Shown in pieces: positions 1-9,075 of a DNA stretch of 24,126 nucleotides. Position numbers and translations under genes: made by a program. The DNA comes from an uncultured Bdellovibrionales bacterium (lineage in GTDB: Bacteria > Bdellovibrionota_C > UBA2361 > SZUA-149), in assembly GCA_965366815.1 (NCBI GenBank), contig CBDUGV010000029.1, positions 1-24,126 of the forward strand, in the 5' to 3' direction. Every line of letters begins with the position of its first letter. Positions within the stretch are counted from its first letter, which is position 1. The notes beneath the pieces are model-generated. The model was not told where the DNA came from. It did not search any database and saw only the letters and a list, made by a program, of their open reading frames with translations.

Positions 1-728
1 ATCCACAGACGGCCTTTGCACAGCAGGGTATTACACTTGATGCCCTCGCTGAGTACCAGGCGGATAAAATTCCGATCGTCTTTCTCCATGGAATAAGTGA
101 TTCTCCACGCTGCTTTTCTCGAATTCTCAATGCTATTGACAGAGAGAGATACCAGCCCTGGTTCCTATATTATCCGAGCGGAATATCGCTTTCGTTTGTT
201 GCGAAACAGTTAGAGAATCTACTCTTGGAGGCGCAACAAAAGTTTGGCTTTTCACAGCTTGCGATTGTTGCGCATAGCATGGGTGGATTGATAGCTCGAG
301 CTTGCTTGAACGAGTTGAAATCGAATTGTGGATTCGAGGTGCCGTTGTTTGTGACGATTTCAACGCCCTGGTCGGGACATGATGCGGCGAGGGTAGGAGT
401 AAAGCTGTTCTATCCAAAGATGCGACCAAGCTGGACGGAGATCGCCAGCGGCGGCCCCTTTGTCGAACAGCTATTTTCTAAACCACTATCGCCAACTACT
501 CGCTATGTCTTGTTCTTTAGTCATAGACGGAAGAGAAGGATCCCTTTTGTCGTAAGCGGCCTGCCTGTTGCAGGCAACCATGATGGTTTTGTTAGCTTGA
601 AGAGCCAACTCGAGCCACGGGCCCAGCGCGAAGCTTCACAGCTTATAGGCTACGAGGAAGACCACCGCAGTATTCTCGCGTCAACAGAGCTCTTAAACGA
701 CCTTTCACTGCTCTTCGAGAAAGATTAG
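1..728 (+). CDS. alpha/beta-fold hydrolase (lipase/esterase-like, PGAP1/DUF676-like), 5'-truncated at window edge
   Basis: The reading frame is open from position 3 with no stops. It contains the oxyanion-hole motif VFLHGISDSP and the nucleophile-elbow GxSxG motif (IVAHSMGGLIA). The ORF-track start at 225 is an internal TTG; stop at 726-728. Confidence 0.7.
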   Translation, partial: PQTAFAQQGITLDALAEYQADKIPIVFLHGISDSPRCFSRILNAIDRERYQPWFLYYPSGISLSFVAKQLENLLLEAQQKFGFSQLAIVAHSMGGLIARACLNELKSNCGFEVPLFVTISTPWSGHDAARVGVKLFYPKMRPSWTEIASGGPFVEQLFSKPLSPTTRYVLFFSHRRKRRIPFVVSGLPVAGNHDGFVSLKSQLEPRAQREASQLIGYEEDHRSILASTELLNDLSLLFEKD

Positions 729-835
729 TCCATATTTTTAGTGTCTTACAGTTGTTTGGAAGCATCTGGCACGATCCTTGCGATTAGTGGACGTAGCGGT
801 TTGATACAGCGCGGTTGCTGAAGTGGTAGTGAAAA

Positions 836-1939
836 ATGCGGTGGTGGAAGATGAGCAATAAACGCGCGAAGGGCATGGTAGATGTCGCTCTATTCAGTGT
901 TTCACTGTGTAGTGCGACATTTCTTTTTTTTGCGGTTCAGCAATTCTTTGGACCTCAAAACTCTCAAGCAGCAGATAAGAAAATCACAGACAAATTGGGT
1001 AAACTCGAAACAACTGATGTCAGCGTCATGCTGGTAGACGTTGGTAAAGCGGTGAGTATTGCCTTAAGCCCGAAAGCGGGTTTCAAGAAGGATGGTGCTT
1101 TGGCACCTACTGTATTTACAACAGAAGATCCTGCTCGGGTCGTAGTGGACATTCCAATGAAGGGGACTCCGCAACGAACTCAGAAGATGAAGTTGAATCA
1201 TTCCTTGTTTTCAGGAATGCGTTTGGGCACGCACCCGAACAAAACTCGTCTCGTGATTGATATGAAGAAGGATTTTGCTCCAGCGTACAAAATTACCCCA
1301 ATCAAAAAGCTCGGCGCGGTACTGATTAACTTTCGATTGCCAGGCAATCAAGAGATAGAACAACCAAAGCGCATTGAACCTATCGAAGACAAAGAAGAAA
1401 AGTCAGTACAAAAAGACGAAGAGGTCGAATCAAGCAAACGCTTGGCCTACCAACCGAAGCTCAACTCAGCTCCCTTACTGCCAATAGCTCGAACCACAGC
1501 GCCTAAGTCAACGAAGGTTGCTCGCTATTCCGGCGCTCGATTTCAGCCAGGTGTGGTAATTCGAAACGGAATCATTACTCATCGCGGTGCACCAGCTCCG
1601 AAAGGTGAGAAGGCAAGCAAACCTGGAATTTCGCAGGTGAAGTACATGCGCTTCGTTCGATCAAAGTTAAGCGGACTCGATTCTCTCTCGATTCGAGTTG
1701 AAAAAGTCTACGGAATCTCTCTCAAGCCAGTTGGCGAAGCGGCGTATCAGCTGACCCTCAAAAAGACAGAATTAGGCGACCACATCAAAGCTCTAAAGCC
1801 TGGAATTGGCTTTCACAAGGTAGTGCCTCACCAGGATGGTGAGAACTTGGTTGTGGATATCGAAGTGAAATTAGGCGTGCAATTGGCGGCAGATATGAAT
1901 GATGGTCTATTACTGCTTCGAGCGACCTCAAATAGCTAG
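836..1939 (+). CDS. envelope protein with two AMIN-like domains and an N-terminal signal/anchor; no catalytic domain recognised
   Basis: The N-terminus has a hydrophobic segment (VALFSVSLCSATFLFFAV). Two repeats resemble the AMIN domain: ARVVVDIP...TRLVIDMKKDF and DSLSIRVEKV...ENLVVDIEV. The start could be ATG 836 or ATG 851, both with weak RBS. Confidence 0.55.
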   Translation: MRWWKMSNKRAKGMVDVALFSVSLCSATFLFFAVQQFFGPQNSQAADKKITDKLGKLETTDVSVMLVDVGKAVSIALSPKAGFKKDGALAPTVFTTEDPARVVVDIPMKGTPQRTQKMKLNHSLFSGMRLGTHPNKTRLVIDMKKDFAPAYKITPIKKLGAVLINFRLPGNQEIEQPKRIEPIEDKEEKSVQKDEEVESSKRLAYQPKLNSAPLLPIARTTAPKSTKVARYSGARFQPGVVIRNGIITHRGAPAPKGEKASKPGISQVKYMRFVRSKLSGLDSLSIRVEKVYGISLKPVGEAAYQLTLKKTELGDHIKALKPGIGFHKVVPHQDGENLVVDIEVKLGVQLAADMNDGLLLLRATSNS

Positions 1940-2186
1940 AGATTCTCTCTAGTTACCTTGAATTTCAACTAGATAGGGCGAAATGAACTTGGCTCTACGC
2001 GTGCTGAGCCTGCTCCTCACTGTCGAGCGCCCTTATGTTGTGGAAGAAAATCAACTTGAATGGAAGGTAAATAAAAGCTTTTCGTTAGCTGGTTATCTTG
2101 ACATTGCAAGTCGGCCTGTTCAGCGAATTACAACGAGCCGGTCTTGTTCGCGGATCGCCTCGTTGTTTGTGTTTTCGAGATTGGTG

Positions 2187-2210
2187 CCAGGGACCCAGCA
2201 TTGTCCCTGG
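2187..2210. other. stem-loop (8-bp stem CCAGGGAC / GTCCCTGG, 8-nt loop) in a long convergent intergenic region
   Basis: Perfect inverted repeat at 2187-2194 and 2203-2210, followed by TTGCCGATTTCG. No convincing CDS covers it. Confidence 0.25.
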
Positions 2211-2435
2211 TTGCCGATTTCGAATATTGCGAACTGGGGAGTAGGGTGGAATTATTCAGGTTGTATTGCTTTATACAGACACCCCCGCTTCCTAATGCGA
2301 TTTTTAGATAGCTTGATTCAGAGGAGATCGGGCCGAGGAAGCGCGCACACATTGGAGATATGTGAACGCGACCTCGAACACCGAGTCGTCGTCAATCGCG
2401 AGGTGGGCGATCGTTCACACATCGAACCTTCATCG

Positions 2436-3743
2436 CTACGTAGCGGTAGCGACACTGCTGCTGGCGCTGGTCTGGCCCATGTTCTTGTCGAACGGCTCTG
2501 CTGCCAATGGCAGACAGATATTTTCGTTCACGAACGCGACGCCGTCGCCAGAAACCCAGCTCAACTTTAATGCTGGATCTTCGGCTTCGGCTTTGGCGGG
2601 GCAGGTCAGGAACGGCGTGTGCGTATGCATCGCGAGCCACATTTGCGGTTGACCGCAAGCTTGCAATTTGTACGCCACGTCGACCATGTTCAGATTGCCA
2701 AAAGCCAACCGGCTGAAGTACTTCCCACGTCGCAACCAGTCTTGTTGCGGCGCGAACAGCGGAACTCCTTGTGAGATCCAGAAGTTCTTGAAGTGGTTGT
2801 CGACCCAGCGGGTCCAGCCAAACGGCGTGGGGAACAGGCCACACAAACGTTGCAGGTAGTTTTCCTGCTCGTCGCAGTGTGACTTGTCCGCATTCCCGCA
2901 GAGTGCCGGATGACCCTCGACAGCGTCGATGTAGTAGTTCAGAGCCACTGCGCTGGAGGCGAGCGTGTTGTAGTGCGTTTCGTGCGTACTCAACATGCCA
3001 CGCGCCCAGAGGTGGTCCAACATCGGCAGGTTCCAGGTGCGGAAATTGTCTGCGGACTCTTCCAGCAGATCATACGCACCGGTACCAGCCTCACCTTCGC
3101 CGTCCCACTGAAACTGCGTCCAGAGGTAGCCAGCGGCCAACTCGAACCCGCCACACAGTCCGTAGAACGTCGGATTGACACGCAATCCGAGATCGTAGGC
3201 CAGGTCGTAGGTCGCTTTCAGCTTGCTGGCAATCCACGTGCGGTTGTCAGCCGCAGTGTAGGACCAGCGATTTGACGGCAGAAACGGACGAATCATTTTC
3301 GACCCGGTGTGAACCGAGTCGTGCACCCACTGTGGACAGTGGAAGCTGATGCCGTCGATCATCAAGTGGGTGTACCCGGCCCACTCATACTTCTCTGCCA
3401 TGTCGGCCCGGAGTGGGTACTTCTCCAGGAGCCGTCGTACTTCGTCAGCCGTGTACTTCAGGTTCCAATCAGCATCCCAGAACATGTTTGCGCTGGGCTG
3501 GACACTGACACACCCTTTGTCGACGGCGTACTGCAGCACGTCTTCGATATCGCCGCCGCTGTGTTGACCGAGCTCCAACGATGGATGCCACAAGTGCTCC
3601 ATCTTATCGGTCAGTTTAATCGGTGGTGGGAGTTTGTCTGGGTCAGATTTGACCCACCTGTCGTGCCATGCAATTGCTCGTTGCATGGTGAGTTCTTGCA
3701 CCGTAGCGGCGCCGTTTCCCATTTGCAGCATGATGTTCTCCAT
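2436..3743 (-). CDS. hypothetical soluble protein, 435 aa, rich in W/H/Y; function not assignable (a carbohydrate-active fold is only a weak guess)
   Basis: Long ORF with no internal stops and protein-like composition. No motif I can name. The upstream region lacks a clear SD. Confidence 0.5.
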   Translation of the reverse strand: MENIMLQMGNGAATVQELTMQRAIAWHDRWVKSDPDKLPPPIKLTDKMEHLWHPSLELGQHSGGDIEDVLQYAVDKGCVSVQPSANMFWDADWNLKYTADEVRRLLEKYPLRADMAEKYEWAGYTHLMIDGISFHCPQWVHDSVHTGSKMIRPFLPSNRWSYTAADNRTWIASKLKATYDLAYDLGLRVNPTFYGLCGGFELAAGYLWTQFQWDGEGEAGTGAYDLLEESADNFRTWNLPMLDHLWARGMLSTHETHYNTLASSAVALNYYIDAVEGHPALCGNADKSHCDEQENYLQRLCGLFPTPFGWTRWVDNHFKNFWISQGVPLFAPQQDWLRRGKYFSRLAFGNLNMVDVAYKLQACGQPQMWLAMHTHTPFLTCPAKAEAEDPALKLSWVSGDGVAFVNENICLPLAAEPFDKNMGQTSASSSVATAT

Positions 3744-4259
3744 GTACTTGGTGTGGTGCCGGATCGCCTAGGGACAGGCGTCGCGACAGAAAAGAAAGTT
3801 TTGACCAGCCACAATCCTGCCAATGATACGAGAACTGGCATTCATGAAACTGGGTCACGCTGAGGGTCGCCGAACGACGACACTCTGATTTGGCCGGAGC
3901 CTTTCGATAGTGGCATCACTAACCAAAGGTGCCGGCCAATCAGATTGATGGTGCATCATTCGGTGTCAAAGAAAACGGACTGAGAAGTAGCAATACTAAC
4001 TCGGTAAAACCATTATTGCGCTATCCTCGTTGCCCAGCTCAGCTAGTCGAATTCTCGTTTCAATAATTCTTAAGTTGAACAGAGCAAGAGGTCAGGACTT
4101 CTACCCAGTAAAGCTTGGTTTTCGATGGAAATAAGCCAAAAATATTAAACGCAAGTTGTAGCAATGTCAGGAATTCAGTCAACTTTAATCAAGTATTAAT
4201 CGCTGAGGAGTTCGCTAATGATCGAAATTACTTCGAAAATGTAAGATTATTGGGATAGA

Positions 4260-4281
4260 GGGAGGGTAGATTTCCCCTCCC
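4260..4281 (-). terminator. GC-rich hairpin (GGGAGGG / CCCTCCC, 8-nt loop) 30 nt downstream of the membrane-protein gene stop
   Basis: Inverted repeat 4260-4266 / 4275-4281. On the minus strand it is followed by a moderately T-containing tract (ctctatcccaataatctt). Confidence 0.35.
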
Positions 4282-4310
4282 CCTAAAACAGGGGTAATAT
4301 ACTCAACAAA

Positions 4311-5696
4311 TCAGTTCCAATCATCCACTTGCTTTCGCAAGCCCCGCACCACTCCAAGCACTCGCCCGTAGTAGCGCTCCAGGTAGGAAGAAAGGATGAT
4401 TACCAGCACTCCAGTCACTGCCAAGGTCAACCATGGACTCATTGAGTAGAGATCCAAGGCGTAGCGGAAGTTGTAAAGAATACCAGCACCGAGACCTATT
4501 CCACCTATGTAGAACAGCCCTTTTTCTTCCATAATGAAAGCGCCCACTAAGGTGATGATTCCCATCAACACACATAGAAAAGAGGCTGCGATACTTGCCC
4601 CGACAATAAGCTGAGCAAGAGACGACAGTATCGCAATTCCCGCACCGAGCTTGCGAAGGGTCGCTCCACTTTCAGTGGTGAATGATGCCATTAAGACATA
4701 GATGATACCGATTGGCAGAATATGAATCGGGATGAACATATTACTGTCACTCGAGGCAACAAGCGAATAGAGCACGCCATTTGGGTGATAGCAGACTCCA
4801 TGGGCGAATAGAATCCATGCAAGTCCAACAAATGGTAAGCTAAGTACCTCAAATGCTTTCTTTGCCGGAACGCTTTCAGTGAGCCGCGGTAGAACGCTGA
4901 AAAAGATCATCGCAATTGCAGCGAACATTATTGAAGTCAGCAGCTGACTGATACCGTAGAGAAACAGGTTTCTGCCAAGCAGTAGTGCAAACGGCACGAA
5001 CATCATGCTTCTCACTGCTCTTCCTTCCCAGTTCTTCAGCGAAGTGCGAGGAGCGAAGTAGAACCAATCTGCAACGAAAGTACCTCCCAAGGTCATTGCT
5101 GCGATAATGGCGATAAAGCCTGGATCGCGGGTCGGGATCAGCAATACGGCATTTGCCAAGAGAAACACTAAGGTCAATCGTTTAGATTCTGCCCGCGCCA
5201 TTGCCGCAAATCCAGAGTAGGCAATGGGTACGAGGAAAACTGCTGCAACTGCCAAGGTCGCCAATGCCGCAAACATCGATGGCGCCTGGTAGAGAAACAT
5301 TTGCGGCACATCTGCTGGCTGCTTTAGGAATAAGGAGTAGAGAAGGGCTCCGAGCTGGGTCAGGTGCGCCGGAATAATCGCCGCAGAGACTCCCATGAAC
5401 GTTCTCGCGCCCTTGTCGTCTTTCAGACTCACCCCACAGAAAACTCCGGCCAATGAGAGGACGAGAGAAAAGCCCAAGAACGCGTAGTAGCGCACCAGGG
5501 AGTCCCATTCTAACCAGCCTTGCAAGACGAAACTAATTGCTGCGGCAAACAGCACGATTGCTCCGATATGCCGCAAAAGCTTGGTCAGCTTGTGCATCTT
5601 CTCGCTGCTCGCGTCTCCGGGGTCTTTCAACTCAGGTGGAAGCGTTGATTCATCCAACTCGAGCAAATCATCTGTTGTTGATGCTACGGTAGTCAT
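4311..5696 (-). CDS. polytopic inner-membrane protein (about 11-12 predicted TM helices), downstream partner of the PspA homolog
   Basis: About 50-aa acidic cytoplasmic N-terminus, then many 20-aa hydrophobic stretches. Strong RBS GAAGGAG 8 nt upstream of ATG 5696. It sits 34 nt downstream of the pspA-like stop. Confidence 0.7.
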   Translation of the reverse strand: MTTVASTTDDLLELDESTLPPELKDPGDASSEKMHKLTKLLRHIGAIVLFAAAISFVLQGWLEWDSLVRYYAFLGFSLVLSLAGVFCGVSLKDDKGARTFMGVSAAIIPAHLTQLGALLYSLFLKQPADVPQMFLYQAPSMFAALATLAVAAVFLVPIAYSGFAAMARAESKRLTLVFLLANAVLLIPTRDPGFIAIIAAMTLGGTFVADWFYFAPRTSLKNWEGRAVRSMMFVPFALLLGRNLFLYGISQLLTSIMFAAIAMIFFSVLPRLTESVPAKKAFEVLSLPFVGLAWILFAHGVCYHPNGVLYSLVASSDSNMFIPIHILPIGIIYVLMASFTTESGATLRKLGAGIAILSSLAQLIVGASIAASFLCVLMGIITLVGAFIMEEKGLFYIGGIGLGAGILYNFRYALDLYSMSPWLTLAVTGVLVIILSSYLERYYGRVLGVVRGLRKQVDDWN

Positions 5697-5730
5697 GATT
5701 GTTACTCCTTCAATACCTATTACTCAGAAT

Positions 5731-6366
5731 CTAAGACACTTGCTTTATCAGTGCTTCAAGCTCTGCTTCGAGTTGTTGATCTTCTTCCTCCTGTAGGAAG
5801 TCATCCTCAAAACCGTCGGGGACAGATTCGAAAGCCTCGCATTGAGCCAAACGACCTTCCCAGCGGTCAAAGATTTCATCTATTTCGGTAATCAAGCCGA
5901 TGTCTTCTCGCTGACCGGCTTGAGCGGCTTCGGCTCTATATTGTCGAGCAGCAAAAGCGTTTTTCTTACGTTTGAGTTCCGAAATGCGAGAGTGAATTGT
6001 TTCGAGATCTCCACTGAGTTGTTTCTCGAGCTTTCTGTGTTCCTTGATATGCCCCTCAATTGCCTTGATCTCCCGCTCGGATCGTTTTTTACGCCGGATG
6101 CATTCGAGTGCTTTTTGCGGATCGCTAGTGTGGACACTGAGGGCACGGTCTTGCCAAAGTTTCTCAGCCTCCTTTAGTTCAGCGAGTCGCTCTCGCATTG
6201 CCGAGCCGTCTTTCTTTACGCGATTGAGCTGCATTTTTGCTTTTGCCGATGCGTGTTGCATCTCTCGAATGGCGCTACCGACTAGCGTTTCATGATTCTC
6301 AACTTGGCTAATGACCCAGTCAAAACTACTTGAGATGCTGGTAGTCCATCGTTTTAGTGCTTTCAT
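5731..6366 (-). CDS. PspA/IM30 (phage shock protein A / Vipp1 / YjfJ) family protein
   Basis: The N-terminus (FDWVISQVENHETLVGSAIREMQHA) matches the PspA amphipathic helix plus coiled-coil region. The sequence is heptad-rich throughout and has the acidic C-terminal tail DDFLQEEEDQQLEAELEALI. RBS GGAGGT lies 9 nt upstream of ATG 6366. Confidence 0.8.
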   Translation of the reverse strand: MKALKRWTTSISSSFDWVISQVENHETLVGSAIREMQHASAKAKMQLNRVKKDGSAMRERLAELKEAEKLWQDRALSVHTSDPQKALECIRRKKRSEREIKAIEGHIKEHRKLEKQLSGDLETIHSRISELKRKKNAFAARQYRAEAAQAGQREDIGLITEIDEIFDRWEGRLAQCEAFESVPDGFEDDFLQEEEDQQLEAELEALIKQVS

Positions 6367-6571
6367 TGTATTACTACCTCCATATAAAAATGAGCTGAGA
6401 AGCCCGTTTTTGTTTCTTCCTCTACTCTAAAGGGCCAGGGGGAAATTGCCGAGAAATCTGGCGTAACAATGTAACTAGATGACAAAGGCGGGGAGCATCA
6501 CTTGGAGTAATTTGAGCTAATACCCTGTAAAAAGGGGCTAAATCTGAAATAAAACGCGACAGACGAACTGC

Positions 6572-6600
6572 TTGATGCCAATCCTCAAAAAGATTACAAT
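6572..6600 (+). promoter_or_regulatory. candidate sigma70-type promoter (TTGATG - 17 nt - TACAAT) for the 6635 gene
   Basis: -35 TTGATG at 6572-6577, a 17-nt spacer, and -10 TACAAT at 6595-6600, about 35 nt upstream of ATG 6635. Confidence 0.3.
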
Positions 6601-6634
6601 GTAACTTAGTTAGGAATTTTTCTCGATACGGTGG

Positions 6635-7426
6635 TTGAATATGCGCCAAGGTGCCCTTTTTCAGAGATTCGAATTGTTCTCTGCTGCAGCCACGATTGCG
6701 GCCCATGCCAATGCTCCGCTAGACGGATTTCGTCAACGAGACGTGAGATTCATAATAGAATTATTCACGAACTGGGTTGAGACGATCTTCGATGGCAGCG
6801 TGATGGATCTCAAGAACACACAGGTGTCACGCTATCTCGACGATCTGGCTGCCGATGGCTATGCGCGGAAGATGAGTAGGAAGGGCCGTCCGTATTACAA
6901 GCTCTTGCGAATCGGCTTGATTGAATTGCTTTCTCGGCTCACACCTGGTCCACGATACGTGCAACCGGAGCAATTCTTTTTCCTCTACTACTTTGTGAAC
7001 AATTATCGTCAGCGGCTTTTTCAAATGGTCGAGGATGAGGGGAAGCAGTTTCCATTGGCGCTCAAACTAGAAGTAGAAACCCTGCTAGACGTCGATGCCC
7101 TCATTCGCCATCAGCTTCAGTACGCGGAATTAGAGTTACGCAAACTCGAGGACCGAATCAATGATTCGCTCAAAGGGGGCAAGTTGGCGAGCAAGCTTTT
7201 TGCAGAAGGCGGCGAGCCTGCAGAGGTCGCACAGCAAGTTGAGCAGCGCTATCCCTATGAGCTCAATAGTCAGAAACCCTTGAGTGAACTCATTTCAGAA
7301 GTTCCTGAAGACATTGGTCGCTGGGAGTTAGAAGTTGGGGCTTTTCGGCGAGTCGAGGATCTCTGGAATCCAACTCGCAGTATGTTGCAGACGTATATAC
7401 GGACATTAAAGGGGCTTACTCCATAG
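6635..7426 (+). CDS. hypothetical protein, 263 aa, divergent from the PspA gene; possible winged-HTH-like segment
   Basis: Clean ORF with weak RBS GGTGG. The segment SRYLDDLAADGYARKMSRKGRPYYKLLRIGLIEL looks like a wHTH recognition-helix/wing. The C-terminal half is predicted coiled coil. Confidence 0.5.
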   Translation: MNMRQGALFQRFELFSAAATIAAHANAPLDGFRQRDVRFIIELFTNWVETIFDGSVMDLKNTQVSRYLDDLAADGYARKMSRKGRPYYKLLRIGLIELLSRLTPGPRYVQPEQFFFLYYFVNNYRQRLFQMVEDEGKQFPLALKLEVETLLDVDALIRHQLQYAELELRKLEDRINDSLKGGKLASKLFAEGGEPAEVAQQVEQRYPYELNSQKPLSELISEVPEDIGRWELEVGAFRRVEDLWNPTRSMLQTYIRTLKGLTP

Positions 7427-7475
7427 GGGGGACGCCGTGGTTCAGTGCAGTAAAGACTGTACCTCGTCCCTCCCC
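7426..7475. terminator. nested inverted repeat between convergent genes (outer GGGGGGACG / CGTCCCTCCCC, inner GCAGT-aaag-ACTGT); likely bidirectional terminator
   Basis: Starts in the TAG stop of the 6635 gene and ends 9 nt before the stop of the minus-strand GNAT-like gene. Confidence 0.35.
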
Positions 7476-7483
7476 ATGGTGTG

Positions 7484-7993
7484 CTAGCAATCCTTATCCA
7501 TTGCTCGATCGCCAGCGAGTAATTCCTCGGGGGGAGGGGTTTCAACCACGAAATTCAGGCCCAGTTGCTCAGCGACCGGTTGAAGCTTTTTGCAGAGCTC
7601 CACGGCAGCAGTCGACGAGGGTTGAATAGCAACCATTGGAATGTTGAACTCCACGGCATACTGCAAAGCACGCAGGCCGAAGCTATGACTGATCCCCATC
7701 CGCCGAAATCTTGGGCCGACGTACAAACTGTTGATGATCAACATTTCTCGCGGCAGCTCAAGCATTCCGGCCAAGCCTACGATCTCCTTGCCAACTTGAG
7801 CGACGAGCAGCCGATTTGTCAGTTCGACAACAGAGCAGAACCCGTCATCTCTCTTCACTAAACCGAAGAAGAGCTCAGTCGCGAGTTCGGAGCCAAACAT
7901 CCAAAGATGCTGTTGAAGAAACACCGCAACGTCGGATCCGAAGTACATTGTAATGTCGACCCGACTAAGGTCGAAGCTCGGTTGAGCACCCAT
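7484..7993 (-). CDS. GNAT-like N-acetyltransferase (tentative)
   Basis: LYVGPRFRRMGISHSFGLRALQYA resembles GNAT motif A (R-x-x-G-x-A/S). RBS GGAGA 8 nt upstream of the start at 7993. Size 169 aa. Confidence 0.45.
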   Translation of the reverse strand: MGAQPSFDLSRVDITMYFGSDVAVFLQQHLWMFGSELATELFFGLVKRDDGFCSVVELTNRLLVAQVGKEIVGLAGMLELPREMLIINSLYVGPRFRRMGISHSFGLRALQYAVEFNIPMVAIQPSSTAAVELCKKLQPVAEQLGLNFVVETPPPEELLAGDRAMDKDC

Positions 7994-8323
7994 AGTTGAG
8001 TCTCCAGGGGGAACGGATAAAAGGTGACGCGTAAAAACAAATGAGTACGTTCTGTCCTTTGTTCTTAAGTGTCACCTCTCGTCGACGATTCTCTCCTGCA
8101 ACTCGAAAAAACCCAATCCACAGCGTCCGCCCAGAGCAAACTACGTCAAGATTCGGCGTATCTGCTCGGGAGGACCATTTCCCAACAACTCATGCAAAAT
8201 AATGAGAAAGAGACCTATGAGCTTGATTTGCCATAAAAATACTAATTTTTCAAATTTCTCGCTGCTGAATACCGTCTCCTCGCTCACGTCTAAGAACAGC
8301 GAAACGAAATAGGAGCCATTTAG

Positions 8324-9007
8324 ATGGGCAAGAAAGCGAAACAGATAATCAGCAGTTCTTTCTTCTATACATGCGCTATTGCCGGTGCGGCCATGCTGCC
8401 CAGTGGTTCAGCAGAGGCTGAGTCATACCGCTATCAGGTTCGCCCGAGTGCACAGAGAGCTTGGGACCATAGATATTATCAAGGTCCGCGGAGTGATGGA
8501 AGTCGACTAGAAGTTCGAAAAGCTTCGTTGATTCTCGCCAGAGACGCAAACGATTTCTATTCGAGAATGCGGAGAAAGAATAATTCTCGAACGATTCATC
8601 AAAGAACGCTGAAGGCAGCTGCGCAGTTTTCACAGGTTGCTTCAGAACTCGCTCGAGCTACAAACAATCGTCGGTTTGGCCAAGATCAATACGATCACCG
8701 TCTGCGTGCGCTCGAGAACCGCTATGAAAAGCTAGAGCATCTTTTTACCAGAGAGCGGCGAGTGAATGGGCGGTTACAGAGAGCATGGCGAAATGTCGGG
8801 AACTCGTATCGGCAATTATATAGAAATCCGTATCTGACACCGGTTCGCTATCACAATGGGTATTCTAACGGGTTCCAAAGTTCCCACCGCCCCTACCAGA
8901 CTAATCAAGGCTATCGTCCTTATTATACGTCGAGTTTCGGTGCAGGGTATCGCCCCAACGATTACCGCAACTGCGATCGCCAGCGTATCAAGAACCGCTT
9001 GCGGTAG
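8324..9007 (+). CDS. secreted R/Y/N/Q-rich hypothetical protein with signal peptide
   Basis: N-terminal signal peptide ...AIAGAAMLPSGSAEA. RBS AGGAG 8 nt upstream. The C-terminal half is rich in YR/NG/YRP repeats. Confidence 0.55.
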   Translation: MGKKAKQIISSSFFYTCAIAGAAMLPSGSAEAESYRYQVRPSAQRAWDHRYYQGPRSDGSRLEVRKASLILARDANDFYSRMRRKNNSRTIHQRTLKAAAQFSQVASELARATNNRRFGQDQYDHRLRALENRYEKLEHLFTRERRVNGRLQRAWRNVGNSYRQLYRNPYLTPVRYHNGYSNGFQSSHRPYQTNQGYRPYYTSSFGAGYRPNDYRNCDRQRIKNRLR

Positions 9008-9075
9008 GCGACGCTGAAAAGACGCATTCTCCGGGGAATTTCACCGACTGACGAATGCATCAATGTTCCATGTCT

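Noticed and set aside
1983-2570. 195-aa plus-strand ORF in the convergent gap
   Set aside because: No RBS and unconvincing composition. Its 3' part overlaps the C-terminal coding region of the minus-strand 2436-3743 gene. Kept only as a possible decayed gene.
2392-2844. 150-aa Arg-rich minus-strand ORF
   Set aside because: It is an alternative frame of the same strand as the 435-aa gene. Its extreme Arg content is typical of an off-frame artefact.
2436-3743. Assignment of the 435-aa protein to glycoside hydrolase family 57
   Set aside because: Expected GH57 signature regions (HQP, GQLEIV, WLPECA, HDDGEN-type) are not present. It is left as hypothetical.
3309-3863. 184-aa plus-strand ORF
   Set aside because: Entirely antisense to the well-supported 2436-3743 CDS. 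No RBS.
5842-6177. 111-aa plus-strand ORF
   Set aside because: Antisense to the PspA-family gene. It has the low-complexity F/L/S-rich composition expected from the reverse reading of K/E-rich codons.
6367-6634. Search for a sigma54 (TGGCAC-N5-TTGC) promoter upstream of the PspA-family gene, as in E. coli pspA
   Set aside because: Only a poor CTGGCCC...AGTAG approximation was found, so no sigma54 promoter is claimed.
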